DNA of 64,000 nucleotides. Source: the human T2T-CHM13v2.0 reference genome, Homo sapiens. Of the stretch, positions 31,031 through 49,013 are shown piece by piece. Made by a program: the position numbers and the translations under genes. The first letter of the stretch is position 1, and every line of letters starts with the position of its first letter. The stretch lies in the NCBI RefSeq assembly GCF_009914755.1, contig NC_060935.1; one strand, given 5' to 3'. Under the pieces are notes generated by a model. The model was not told where the DNA came from and searched no databases. It saw only the letters and a program-made list of their open reading frames with translations.

Positions 31031-32799
31031 ATGCTGTCCTTTAAGATAAATCACAAGAACATTGCAGTCGGAAAGACTGTTCAAAATCTCTGCTTCATAG
31101 GGCCCTAAATAGGAAATAGTAAAACTTCTTTATTCTTGGTTACCTTGTCCAGAAAATAAGAATGGTATATTAGCTCCTTCTCTGGGTTATTACAAATATT
31201 AGAGAATATATATAGACAAAGGTCCATGAGAGAGCTTACAAACAAGCCATAGGTAAAATGACATGGTGCAAATAGGTTTACCAGCTACTCAATGGTAGAT
31301 GTTATGATTATTAGTAATAAGGACGTTATTACTATTGTTGAAGAACCTTCTAGTCTTAGAGAAGACACAAACATGGGGTTAAATCATTTCAGTAAATATA
31401 TGTGTATAGTTATATGGTGTTCAGGACACAAAGCAAGTAAATATCTGAAAAGACAAACAGATTAGGAATCTACTTGGTAAAATGCCTCAAATAATGCAAT
31501 ACTCTGAATCTTGGATGGGAGATTTAAGTATATTTGCATAGTTTTCCTATTAAGTCATTTTAGAATGCTTTACAGCTAAAGTTCCTACCAAAAAGATCCA
31601 ATTACCAGAGTTTCCAACTTCCTGAGTATTTCTGAGGATTAACTGTACCATGTTGTTTTCAAATCTATTTTTGTTATGCAATTGATAGGGGATTTTGTGA
31701 GTCTACCTTTACCAATGGTTTATTTAGAGGTTGTTCCCAGATGTCAGTATAGTTCACTTAAACTTTTTTCCCTAAATTTCATATATGAAACAAATTAGTT
31801 TTGTAACCAAAATGAGATTACAATGGAATAAGCAAAGTAAATGTAACTTGCTTTGCATCTCTTTTCCTTTGTCCTTTGTTTGCTTTCTCATGAATTTTCC
31901 ATGTATTTGCTATAAGTACATGTTATTATTGATAGTGTAACAAGAAAGAGGAGAAAGTAACAATAAAATTAATTATAAGGCTATGTAGTCCAAGTCCATG
32001 CTGGAAAAAAAATGTAATGGCTTAACAGTTTTGTACAATTCTTTGCAAAGCTAAGTTAATTTTACATTTGTCACTTAGGTGGAGCTATTCATTGTTCCAC
32101 TTTGAGACCTAGTAGCAATTTCACATCACTTGCTAAATCATCTCTTCTATTTAAAAAGTGGCTAGAACTCTTATACCTTATGCTTAAATGAGGCCATTCA
32201 TCATTGAAATAGTCAATTCATGTTATTTTGCTATCCAGTGACCAGTAGAGTTCATTTATATTTTGCTTAATTTTAGCTCAGCATAATAGGTGACAAACTG
32301 TGCATTACAGAAGTGCACCTATTTATCAGCATCTGCACTCAACACCTGTGAAATCTATAGCTGCTGCTTATTTGGTATGTGGTTTTTTGATAAAAGAATG
32401 TGAAAGTAAAGTTCTTAGAGATATTTAAACTTCAATGTGTAAATTTTATTTGTAGGAATGCTTCAATAGGCTACTTACTCTCTTTTAAGAACCTATAGTG
32501 AATAGAAATACATATTGGATATTTCAAAGACCTCAAAGATAATTTGACATTTCAAAAAGTGTTTAGGAAAGTACAAAGCAAGTTGGACTTGTCAGTAATT
32601 AACTACTTCAAAATCAAATGTGGCTAATTTTAATCAACATGTCAGCTTGGGACTCCAGAGAGGGATAAATGCCAGCTTCAGGTTTTCAGGAGAACTTACG
32701 CTATCTTGTCAACAGTGAGTTACACAACGAAATCATTTTCAGAAAAGAATCACTTAGGAATTGAAAGAAGGATGACATATTAAATGAAAATAACATATG

Positions 32800-35103
32800 C
32801 TAAATATATAAGAAATTTAGAGATGAGGAAATGCTAGTGGGTGTGTGGACCAAATAATATCCATTGCCTAAAAAGAAGACATACAATTCTACAGGGACTC
32901 CTGAATCTATGACTTTCATTTCTTATGTTAGGGCTCATTATTTATCTTATAGTCCCTTGTTCACTTAAGTGCTGTACTAAAGCGGTGGATAAGAGTTCTA
33001 ATGTCTTTATCATGTAGACCCTGGGATTGCAACCAGGCACCACTTGTGAATACATACAGACAACTGCAAAACAGTTTCACTTCTCTTACCCTTGGGGCAA
33101 CCCCTACTCGAACCATGCCCCTTGTCAGTAGGAAGAAGGTGGAGTGGTCATTGGCCTTTTCCTATCTTGGTAGGTTCACACAACCCAGGATGGGATTGGA
33201 ACTGCCTTTGCAAAATTATGATAGCAAGAGAAATCTATCATAGTTGACTCCATTTTGCTTCTAGCCTCATAGATTGGCTGTCTTTGCTCATTCCTAGAAG
33301 TAAGCCAACCTTACTTTGGGAGGAATTTAGTTTATAGTTTAACCTTAAAGCAAGGATAATAACAGCCCTTCCCAAAACTAAACTGGCTTTGTAAAACTAA
33401 TGAAAGCCAACAAGACCAGGATTATGAGATGTACCTGAATTCTGCCAAGATGTAGCCACAGCTATATCAGCTTTTGTATAAAGATAAACATATACAAAAA
33501 TTAACTCAAGATGGATTGAAGACTTAAATGTAAAACTCAAAACTATAAAAACCCTGAAAGATGATTTAGGCAATACCATTCTGGACATAGGAACAAGCAA
33601 AGATTTCATGATGAAGATGCCAAAAGCAATCACAAGAAAATCAAAAATTGGCAAACAAAATCTAATTAAACTTAAGAGCTTCTTCACAACAAAAGAAAGT
33701 ATCAATAAACAAATAACCTATAAAATGAGAGAAAATATTTGCAAACTATGCATCTGAAAAGGTCTAATATCCAGCATCTATTATATTAGGAACTTAAATA
33801 AGTTTACAAGAAAAAAAAAACCCATTAAAAAGTGGGCAAAGAACCTGAACAGACACTTTTCAAAAAAAGACATATATATGGCCAATAAGCATATGAAAAA
33901 AGCTCAGTATCACACTAATCATTAGAGAAATGCAAATCAAAACCACAGTGAGATTCCATCTCACAACAGTCAGAATGGCTGTTATTAAAAAGTCAAAAAA
34001 TAACAGATGCTGGCATGGTTGTGAAGAAATGGGAACACTTATACACTGTTGGTAGGAGTGTAAATTAGCTTAACCATTATAGAAAGCAGTGTAGTGAATC
34101 CTCAAAGAGCTAAAACCAGAACTACCATTTGATTCATCAATCCCATTACCAGGTATATACCCAGAGGAACAGAAATCATTCTACCATGGAGACACATACA
34201 AGTGAATGTTCACTGCAGCACTTTTCACAATAGCAAAGACATGAAATCAACCTAAATGCCCATCAATGACAGATTAGATAAAGAAAATATGGGACATATA
34301 CATCATGGCATACCTTGCAGCCATAAAAAAGAGTGAGCTAATGTCTTTTGGGAGAACATGGATGGTGCTGGAGGCCATTATCCTTAGGAAACTAACACAG
34401 GAACAGAACCATATGTTCTCACTTGTGAGTGGGAGGTAAATGATGAGAACTCGTGAACACAAAGAAGGGAAAACAGACACTGGGGCCTACTTGAGGGTGG
34501 AGGGTGGGAAGAGGGAGAGGAGCAGAAAAAAATAATTATTGGGTACTGGGTTTAATACCTGGGTGCCAAAATAATCTGTATGACAAGGTTTTGTGATGCA
34601 AGTTTACCTATGTAACAAACCTGCACATGTGCCCCTGAACTTAAAATAAAATTTAAAAAAAAATCTCAAAGGCCCCCCCAAAAAAAGAAAGAGAATAACC
34701 AACCATTGTTCCAGAAGTCACAATATTTATAACTTCCTCAATTGCTCCTATAGATAACATCACTATTGTAGAACCTAACATTGGTCTTTAGAGATGTTTT
34801 TGTTCAGACTTTGAGATCATCAGCTGACTCCAGCTGGACCCATGATTCATAATTGAACCAGTTTTGTGACCTCTACTCAGAGGCTGACTCTTCAGGAGGA
34901 TGGTTCTCCACACCCCTGTGATTTCATCCCCGATAAATCAACATTCCCCATTTCCTAATTCCCTGCTCACCAAACTATCCTTGAAAAATTCTAATCTCCA
35001 TGCCTTCAGGGAGGTTGATTTGAGTAATAACTGCTTCCACATGACTGGCCTTGTGTGAATTAAACTCTTTCTTTACTGCAAGAAAAAATTTAAATAAATA
35101 AAC
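32800..35103 (+). mobile_element. LTR8-family ERV 3' end (env-like tail 32800-33186, PPT, LTR U3-R at 33197-33465 and 34697-35080, A-rich tail), interrupted by an L1
   Basis: LTR8 start 'tggaactgcctttgcaaaattatga' after purine tract aggatggga; ends 16 nt after ATTAAA at ..ctgca, then an A-rich run; hydrophobic frame LMLGLIIYLIVPCSLKCC at 32922. Confidence 0.75.
33488..34690 (+). mobile_element. 5'-truncated L1PA (approx. L1PA13-16) nested in the LTR8
   Basis: ORF2 C-terminus (catatacaaaaattaactcaagatgg) to 3'UTR 'gagggtggagggtgggaagagggagagg..aacctgcacatgtgcccctgaacttaaaataaaa'. Confidence 0.9.
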
Positions 35104-36487
35104 AAAAGAAATAAGCATATGTTTCAAATATTAATGGTGCTTTCTGATGTCTGAAGAGCTTAAACACATTGTGTTGATTAGTCAGTGGATAAAATTGTTT
35201 TCAATGAAATGGCTGTGGTAGGAAAATGATTTTGGCAGGTATGACACAGAAGATTTTATTTCTAATGTATGTATTGAGTTATTGTTTGTTTGGTTGGTTG
35301 GTTGGTTTTAAAGGTAGATATAATCTTAATATGTATGCACTGTGGCCTACATTTCTTAAAAACATAAGGAAGTTGAAGATTGCTTTCATAATCTAATCAA
35401 TCTTACATCACTTTCCTGTCAGTAACAGGAGGAAAACTTTTATGGAAAGTAAATGACTTTACAACATAATAAAATCAATTTATTCAGTCAAAAACTTTAA
35501 ATTACTTATTATTAAGCAGGTATGCATGGTAAAAAATAATTTAACAATATAAACGATCATTTTTTGCAACTCTTATCCAAACCCCAAGCCCTACATGGAA
35601 TATTAATCCTTTTCGGTTTTAAGTTTTCCTTATAACTAACTTCATTACCCTAAGTAATATTATTATGTTTCCACTTCTTGGTTTATCAGATTCAAACTGT
35701 ATTGACATACTTTCTCACTTTTTATCTCAAGTCCTAAAAGATAGTTTTTTTTTCTATTAGTTATATTTAAAACTTAAAAAAATTAAAACCATAGTTTTTT
35801 TCTTTATCAAATATAATGGCATATTTTTATTATAACCAATACAAAATGAAGAAATTTGTATTTACAATTTACTGTATCTCTTACCCACCTTATTTCCAAA
35901 CTTCTGTCAGTTATAATATTGCTTTAATATTATTGACACATAATTCATATTGCTTTGTAACAATAATTACATTTTTCCTTATTTTGTTATGCAATGATTC
36001 TAAAAATTGAAAAAGCAAAAAGTAGCACTTACTGTCCTGTTATTACAACTACGGTTCATCTAAGACTAAGAACAATTACTGTAAATTTTAAACATTATTA
36101 TTTTAAATTATAACATGTTTTAGTTTTTTAATATTTGATTTTCTACATAGATTTTTTTTTATTTCTCCTGGAGTTTCTTATCTTTCTGTTTGTCCTTCTT
36201 TTTAAAATGCAAATGACTTTGTCATAAATCTAAGATTTATTTGTCGTATATGTAGTATTATTATACTAGAATTCCTTTATTTCAAAATTATTTTTCCTAG
36301 GACTCTCTGACTTCAAGCTCAACTAGCCCAATTGATCTTTAGGCCATTTCCATGACTAAAATTATGAGATGTTTCTTCATACATTTATAAATTAAAAACA
36401 TTATTTCTGGAAAATAATGTATTTCTTTTTGCCTTTGCGTTTGTGTGTTTGGTTGGTTGCTTGGTTGGTTGGAGTATTTGGTCATTC

Positions 36488-36812
36488 TTTTTTTTTTTTT
36501 TTTTTTTTTTTTAGGACGGAATCTCACTCTGTTGCCCAGGCTAGGGTACAGTGGCAACATCTTGGCTCACTGCAACCTCCGCCTCCTGGGTTTCAAACAA
36601 TTCTCTGCCTCAGCTCCTGAGGAGCTAGGACTACAGGAGTGTGCCACCACGCCAGGCTAATTTTTTTTTTTTTTTTTTGTATTTTTTAGTAGAGACAGGA
36701 GACGGGGTTTCACCATATTGGCCAAGCTGGTCTCGAACTCCTGATCTTGTGATCCACCCACCTCAGCCTCCCAAAGTGCTGGGATTACAGGTGTGAGCCA
36801 CCGCGCCTGGCC
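36488..36812 (-). mobile_element. AluS-type SINE
   Basis: Full antisense dimer with an expanded middle T-run; degenerate TSD tggtcattctt / tgttctttctt. Confidence 0.92.
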
Positions 36813-36929
36813 TGTTCTTTCTTTTTTCCAAAATGAATATATAAAAAGTAAACTTTGAGTTCTTATATAGTGAAGCAATCTCCTTACCTCACATTTGATA
36901 TAGATACTATGAAGTCCATGGGAAAATTA

Positions 36930-37150
36930 TTAGAAGTAATAACTCTGAAGTCAGATGTCTTATTCTCCAATATCACCACTGACCTATGACCTTGGGAAAT
37001 TTACTTATCCTCTCTCTACTTTTAATTCCTAATCTGAGTGATTGGATTTTAGTTGTGTCTAACACACAGGATCAAGTAAATAAGTACATGTAGAGTTCTT
37101 AGAACAAGGTCTGGCCCATTGTGAGCATTGAATAAATATGGGTTGTCATT
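36930..37150 (+). mobile_element. MIR
   Basis: 'actctgaagtcaga..tgaccttgggaaatttacttatcctctc..gttcttagaacaaggtctggc..gagcattgaataaat'. Confidence 0.65.
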
Positions 37151-40100
37151 AGCATATGGACATTGAGTCTGGGTTCCAGTCATATTCCACCAAATTCTGA
37201 AAACCATTGCTTCCTCGTTGTCTAGCATGTGGTATTGCTGGTAAAAAATCTTGTCAATTTAGTTTTTATTAGTTTGAATCTCTCTAAAACCATTTAGGTT
37301 CTGGTCTCTGTAAAACCTTTTAGAATCTCTCTTGGTCTTGGCATTCTGAAGTATCATGGGACTGTACCTGGATGCTGAGGAATTTTTCCATTCATCTGTT
37401 CAGCCTTTGTTGGTCCCTTTAATCTGAAAAATGTGTTTCTTCTGTTTAGTAAATTTTCTTCATTATCCTTGAACATAATTCTTGTATATTTGTTTCTCAT
37501 CGGTTTTCTCTTTTCTCTGTTTATGACCACATATGGAGGCAACAAATAGACATTCTCAAATGAGTAACATACTCAAAACTATACTGCCCATGGATCCTCC
37601 TTAAATAACATTCTATTAGAAACTATGTTAGGGAAAAGGGCCACAAATAAATAAAACAATACATGTTAGAGAATGACTGAGTAGATCCTGCTTTTACACT
37701 TAATATATTGAACATTTACATACTGTTAGAAAGTGTTACTATTATATTAATGCCTTTTTGATATTTCATCCTTTAGATGCAATAAAGCTTCTTTAAACAA
37801 AGTTGTTTTAATTTGCTCAGGAGGGAAATTTCTTCCCACGTTTCCTTACTTAAAGAGTATCCATTAGCATAATAACCCTTACTTCTCTCACTTTCCTCTA
37901 CAATCTGTGTCAAAAAAGACTTACCTGATTTGTGAGTTTGGAAAAAGAAACTGGAGGCACACAGCCCTCTATCTTTCCTTTGGACTGACTCCAGAAATGA
38001 GTATGGGTGTGAGTTTGCTCTCCTGCAAGTCATTCAATTTAAATAACTTTCTGCTCCTATGGGATGGTGGTGGCAGTGAAGGAGCTTTGAGTTTGAGGAG
38101 TGTAAGTCAAAGAACCTAACAAATTAAGAAATAAGTGAAAATTTAAGAACAAACTAATAAAAGTTAAGTATTCTGGAATAGGTGCGCAGGTAGATTTAAT
38201 CTTTTGGTTCTTAACTAAGCACAGATTTTTCTATTGGTAATGTGAAGCCTATATTTCCAAAGTAACTATGCTTTCACACATGCAATTAGTTGGTTTTCAA
38301 TACTTGCAGCATGGAAAAGTACTTTAGATCTTAATTTACATGATGTGCTTTAAAGAAGATTGCAGTTTAAACCACCTTACTTTACATGTAGGTGGCTGTT
38401 TCTTTAGAGGCAGGGCTGCAAATATTAGGCCTTAGGAGAAGCAAAAGTTTTAGAGTTTCAGAGTCTTAACAAAAGCATAATCCTTTAGGGGCCTTAGCTA
38501 GATGTGGAACTACTGCCTATAGAAGACACCAAATATTCTGGCCAGATATTATTTGGGACCATAAGTTTCCAGGATGTTACAGGTTGATTGTCAGTTCTGA
38601 AGGCACAACTTTTATTTAACAAGCATTAGAACCCAGTGAAGGTTGTTAATGCTAGGTAAAAGCAGTGTGTTCAAAGAAGAAATTCAAATGAAAATTCTTT
38701 AATATACTGGGTAGAAAATAAACACACTTTAAATAACAATTGGAGATAATCTCATTTCAAATTTCTAAACATTTCAAGAAGGCAGCAATGTCTCAAAAAA
38801 TAAAATTAGTAAAATTATTTCTTAAGAAATATATTTTTCTAAACAATTGAGAAATAAAAATTATTGAACCCTGTATTCTATCCAATAAAATAAAATGAGG
38901 AAACAATGAAAACAAAGTCAAACCAGAACCAATGATGAAGTCCATAAGAAGAAAAAAACTTACATATATTATAAATACAAAAATTAATACATATAAATGT
39001 TTAAATAAAAATTATATTTTGATAGGATTTCACTGAATCTGTAGATTGCTTTTGGTACTATGGCCATTTTAATGATATTAATTCTTCTGATCCATGAACA
39101 TGGGGTGTTGTTTCCAATTTGTTTGTGTCATTTATAATTACTTACATCTGTGTTTTATAGTTCACATTGTACAGATCATCTTCTTGGTTAAGTACATTCT
39201 TAGATATTTCATTGTTTTTTGCAGCTATTATAAATGGGATTACCTTCTTGATTTGGCTCTCATCCAGATAGTTATTGCTGTATAGAAAGGCTACTGATTT
39301 TTGTACATTGATTTTGTATCTTGAAACTTTACTGAATTCATTTATCAAATTTAAGAGATTTTTGAAGGAATCTTTGGAATTTTCTAGCTATAAGATCATA
39401 CCATCAGCAAAAAGGGAAAATTTGACCTCCTCTTTTCCAATTTGGATGGCTTTTATTTCCATCTCTTGCCTGATTGCTGTGGCTAGGACTTCTGGTACAA
39501 TGTTGAATAGGAGTGGTGAAAGTGAGCAACCTAAAATTAATATGAACCAAAAAATGTCCAAATAGCCAAAGCAATCAAAATCAAAAAGAACAAACCTGGA
39601 GGCATCACGTTACTTGACTTTAAATTGTACTATAAGGATATAATAATCAAAACAGCATGGTACTGTTATAAAAAACAGACACATATATCAATAGAACAGA
39701 AGAGACAACCCAGAAATAGAGCCACATACTTGCAACCAACTGATCTTTGATAAAGTTAACAAGAACACACACTAGTGAAAAGACACCTTTTTAATAAATG
39801 GTGCTGGGAAAATTGGAGTGTCACGGGCAAAAGAATGAAACTGAATTCGTGTCTCTCACCATATACAAATACCAATTCAAGACGGATTAAATAATTAAAT
39901 GGAAGACTCAAAATTATAACAATACCAGAAGAAAACCTAAGAAAAATTCTTCCAGAAATTGGCCTAGGCAAATAATTCATGACTAAGACCTCAAAGTCAC
40001 AGGGAACAAAAACAAAATAGACAAAGGGGACTTAATTAAACTAAAAAGCTTCTGCACAGCAAAAGAAACTATCGGCTGCGTAAACAGACAACTTGCAGAA

Positions 40101-40187
40101 TGGGAGAAAATATTTGCAAACTGTACATCTGATAGAAACTAATATCCAGAATTTACAAGGAAATCAAACATTCAACAACAACAAAAA

Positions 40188-40188
<1 letters not shown>

Positions 40189-40226
<38 letters not shown>
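40189..40226. repeat. (CA)n microsatellite
   Basis: Visible tandem CA run. Confidence 0.95.
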
Positions 40227-40228
<2 letters not shown>

Positions 40229-40374
40229 ATCCCATTAAAAAGTAGGCAAAGGATATGAACAGACATTTTTTAAAAACAGCATACAAATGGCCAAGAAGCA
40301 TATGAGAAAATGCTCATCATTACTAATCATCATAGAAATACTAATTAAATTCTTAATGAGATAGCATTGCACAT

Positions 40375-40793
40375 TGTATTAGTTCATTCCCTCATTGGTA
40401 TAAAGAAATACCTCAGACTGGGTAATTTGTAAAGAAAAGATGTTTAATTGGCTAATAGTTCTGTACGCGCTATAGGAAGCATGATCCTGGCATCTGCTTG
40501 GCCTCTGGGGAAGCTTCAGGAAATGTACAGTCATGACGAAAGGTGACGGAGGAGCGCACATATCACATGGCCAGAGCAGGAGCAAGAAACAGAGTGGGGA
40601 GGTGCTACACACTTCTAAACAATCACATCTCGGGAGAACTCACTCACTATACAGTACCAAGTGGGGATGGTGCTAAACCGTTCATGTGAACTCTGCCCCA
40701 GGACCTAATCACCTCCCACTACGCCCCACCTCTAACACTGGGGATTACAATTCAATGTGAGATTTTATGGGGACACAGATCCAAACCTTATCA
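40375..40793 (-). mobile_element. MSTA solo LTR (MaLR)
   Basis: tgtattagt..ggggacacagatccaaaccttatca; degenerate 5-bp TSD cacat/aacac; L1 sequence continues on both sides. Confidence 0.88.
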
Positions 40794-43131
40794 AACACCA
40801 ATCAGAATGGCTGTTACTAAAAAGAAAAACAAAAAATAACAGATGTTGGGGAGGATGCAGAGAAAATGTCACTCACAATTACACACTATTGATGGGAATG
40901 TAAATTTGTACAACTTCTATGGAAAGCAGCATGGAGATTTCTCAAATAACTAAACATAGAACTACCATTTGTTTGATCCAGCAATCCATCTACTATATAT
41001 CTACCCCAAGAGTAAAAATCAACATCAAAAGGATACATGCACTCAAAAGTTTATTATGGCACTATTCACAATAATGAAGATATGGAATTGACTTAAATGT
41101 CCATCAATAGCTGACTGGCCAGAGAAAATGGCATATATACACAATAGAATACCATTCAGCCATTAAAAAAAGGAATCATGTCTTTTGCAGCAACATGAAT
41201 GGAACTGGAGGACATTATCTTAAGTGAAACAACTCAGACACACAAAGACCAACACCGTATGTTCTCACTTGTAAGTGGGAGTTAGATAATGTGTACACAT
41301 GGACATAGGGTGCAGAATGATAAGCAATGGAGACATGAAAGGGTGGGAAGTCAGAGGGGTTTGAAAGATAAAGAATTAATTAATTGGTCCAATGTACATT
41401 ATTCTGGTTATAGATACATCAAAAGCCTTGACTTTTCCACAGTGCAAATATATCCATGTAACAAAATTACACAATACCCCATAAATGTATATAAAAAGTT
41501 ACAAAGATTCAAATATGACATTATTGAAAAGACCAGTAAAAAGACATAGATAGCATAGTTTAAAAAGCAGAAAGGAAACCACTAATTCACATTTTATGTA
41601 ATGAAGAATAGGAAGTGGAAACAAATACAAAGTAATTTTTAAAAATTATAATCAGGTAGTAAAGTATAATACTTGATGCTAACAAATTTGCACATCTGTG
41701 TGAAATCTATAAATCTCTATGAAAACTCAGTGAGGTTTAGAAAATTAAATTAGATTAAAATCATGGAAGAAACTTAAAAATTTGTCAAAAACTCCTACTA
41801 AAATTTTACAGATAAAATCTTTTAAGATATAGATAATTTCTATGTTAAACTGTATAATGACATTGACATTAAAATTCAGCATTATAGTATAAATAGCAAC
41901 GCATTAATGATAAAGTTCCTGACATTTGATTATCTCTCAACATTCATATCCAACTTATCACCAGCTCCTGATCATTGTACCTCCTATCTTTCAAATTCAT
42001 CCAATTCTCTTTACTTCCAATACGTTTACTCATAGAAAGTAAACAAAATATTCTAACATGGCTTGCAGACATTGCCTTCTCTGCCCTCTACCCATCCCTC
42101 CAGATTCATCAGGCAATAAGCATTATCACTAGCTCATTTCTTGTCAGTCAAACGTGGACCTTGGTCTTTACAAGTCCAGTAAAAAGGAGCTGAACTAGTG
42201 TCAAGTTGAAAGAGGCCTCACCTAGAGCACTCACTGACTGAAGAATTGCTGTAACCCCATTAAGAGAATCTGTGTAGGGTTGGAGGCTGTAAATCTGGAG
42301 CTGTTTGGGGGTCATAAGTGGCCAGATAAAAAGGCAAGTAAAATGTCAAGAATCTGAAGGTGGAGAGTTTCAGTAATGGAAGGAGGCTTTCAAGTAACTC
42401 TAAATTGTGAAATATAACATGGTTAGTAATGGGGCATGGATTTGAATTTAATACTTGTCTTCTAAATTAAAAATTTCTTCAATTATATCATTTGAGATTA
42501 AAAATATGTAATCTTCTTCATCTGAGAGTTTGTTCTGTAATTTCTATTTTAAACTATTAAATTCTGTGCTGTATAGGGAGATATAAAACATTCTGAGGTA
42601 TCTTTATAATTAATCCATTTTTTTCTGCATGTAAATTAATACACACCAAAGGATACTTTGCCAGATGCCTAAATAACTGAAAACACTAACACCTATCTTT
42701 TTCACTTATTATTTTTCTACTTATTTTCATACTTTACATGTATTCTATAGGCTATTTTTAAATACAAATAGTTATGGGTGTTTTAAATGTTATAAGATAG
42801 CTTTATTGTCAAAAATATTTTTAAGAGGCAAGTGAGAAAGAGATTCTACCCTAAAACACAGATATGATGAAGTAGAAAGCTAAAATTGTTATTTTGTTCT
42901 GTTAGACATAATAAGACTTTGACTCAATGACCTCCTTTACTCTCCAAACCTGGAATTTCTTTCAAATAGGAATTGGTCATCCCACTGGCCCTTTTATTTA
43001 GATGTTTAGTCACCATTTCAATCTCAACCATGTCTTTCTTAAATTATTACAATATAATTACAGAGAGTTCCCAAGTGCAGAGGAACCAAGTCTTTACTGA
43101 AAAGGAAAATTATGCTCTCTGTTTCTTTTGT

Positions 43132-43137
<6 letters not shown>

Positions 43138-43174
<37 letters not shown>
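43138..43174. repeat. (TA)n microsatellite
   Basis: Visible TA run. Confidence 0.95.
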
Positions 43175-43177
<3 letters not shown>

Positions 43178-44844
43178 TATGTTCACCAAGTATTACATTT
43201 TGAAAGTGGTTTGGAAAATGCATGGGTAGGGAGGGGGAAAGCAATACTATATGTAGATTTCAAAAACCAATGTATAAACATATGAACATTAACATAATTT
43301 CAGAATTACCTTTTCATTTTATTTTGCATTTTAATTACTTCACTTGCATGCATCTAGAATTATGCTATTTTTAGCATGTTCTTGATTAGGTTAGTTAATG
43401 GATGTGTTACTTGTTTTATATTTAGAGTTGGTAAATTGTAGGATATTTCTGTTCTTGAATAAAGTATAACTAACCTCCAAATGTTTTTTTATTCTGCATT
43501 AGCATATCTTGTAAGTTGCCTATTTGCTCTAGAAAAACATGAGAAAACATAGTTGAAAGTTAACAAAATATTGAAATTTCAGTGTTGTATTTCAAAAGCA
43601 ATAAAAGGACTTTGAGTAAAAAGTAAAGCACAATATAGCATCATCTCACCTTAATTTTGAGGAGACTTGCTCATATTTTTTGAATAGTAGATAACTATTC
43701 AATAAAAGCAAAATGGTCATTAAGACTTTGCCAGTAAGGACATATTTATATGGTCTTATACCATATAACAACATTTTGTTCAATGACAGTTATAAGATTA
43801 TAGTGGAGCTAAAAATTGTCCACCTCTCAGTGATGATGTAGCTATTGATAGTGCAGCACATGACTCCCCTATTTGTGATGATGCCAGTGTAAACAAACTT
43901 ACTGTATTTTCATGCACATAAAAGTATTGGATGATACAATTACATATAATACGTAATGCTTAATAATGATAAATGAATATGTTACCAACTTAAGTATTTA
44001 TTATAATATACTTTTTATCATTATTTTAAAGTTCACTTCACCTACTTATTAAAAAAGAAACCTAACTGTAAGCCTTAGGCAGTTCCTTCAGTAGGCGTGT
44101 CAGAAGGCATTGTTCTTATAAGAGATGGCAGTTTCAAATGTGTTTTGTCCCTGAAGACCTTCCAGTGGGACAAGATGTGGAGGTGAAAAAACACTGATAC
44201 TGATGATTCTGACCCTATGTAGGGCTAGGTTAATGTATGTGTTTTTGTCTTAGATTTTAACAAAAATATTTTAAAGGTAAAAAATAATAAATGAAAAATG
44301 GAAAAAAGCTCATAGAATAAGGACATAAAGATAGGAAATATTTTTGGTACAGCTGTATAGTGTATTTGTGTTTTATGCTAAATTTTATTATGAAAGAGCC
44401 AAAAAGTTTTATAAATTTAATAACAAGTTGATAAAGTAAAAACACTATAGTAAGGTAAGGTTAATTTAATATTGAAGAAAGAAAAAAAATGAATAAATTT
44501 TGTGTTGCCTAAGTTTACAGTGTGTATAAAGTTTACAGAAGTGTACAGTAATGTCTCAGACCTTCGTATTTACTCCCCACTCACTCACTAACTCACCCAC
44601 AGCAACTTCCAGTCCTGCAAGCTCCATTCATGGTAAGTGTCCCACATAGGTGTACCGTTTTTTATCTTTCATGTCATATTTTTACAATACCTTTTTATGT
44701 TTAGATACGTTTAAATATTCAAATACTTACCATTGTGTTACAGTTGCCTACAGTATTCAATATAGTAACATGCTGTACAGGCTTGTAGCCTTGGATCAAT
44801 AAGTCAGAAAGTCAGACCATAGATCCTTTTTTTTTTTTTTTTTT

Positions 44845-44880
44845 CACTGTGTTAGCCAGGATGGTCTTGATCTCCTGACC
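44845..44880 (-). mobile_element. 36-nt AluY left-arm (B-box region) fragment with its own poly(A)
   Basis: Minus strand GGTCAGGAGATCAAGACCATCCTGGCTAACACAGTG followed directly by A18. Confidence 0.85.
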
Positions 44881-44882
44881 TT

Positions 44883-44913
<31 letters not shown>

Positions 44914-45124
44914 TTATACTTTAAGTTTTAGGGTACATGTGCACATTGTGCAGGTTAGTTACATATGTATACATGTGCCATGCTGGTGCGCTGCACCCAC
45001 TAACTCGTCATCTAGCATTAGGTATATCTCCCAATGCTATCCCTCCCCCCTCCCCCCTCCCCCCACCCCACCACAGTCCCCAGAGTGTGATATTCCCCTT
45101 CCTGTGTCCATGTGATCTCATTGT

Positions 45125-48965
<3,841 letters not shown>

Positions 48966-49013
48966 TTATTTTGCTCGTTAGTTGATGCAGTTTCTTTCTA
49001 GTCTCGATTGTCT

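Larger units (their letters stand above)
39015..41500 (+). mobile_element. 5'-inverted L1PB/L1MA element (inverted ORF2 39015-39530; sense ORF2-3'UTR 39531-41500) containing an MSTA LTR and (CA)n
   Basis: Minus ORF 39142-39348 reads [17 protein letters not shown]; sense strand resumes at LK(I)N-MNQK; 3'UTR ends near 41495. Confidence 0.85.
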
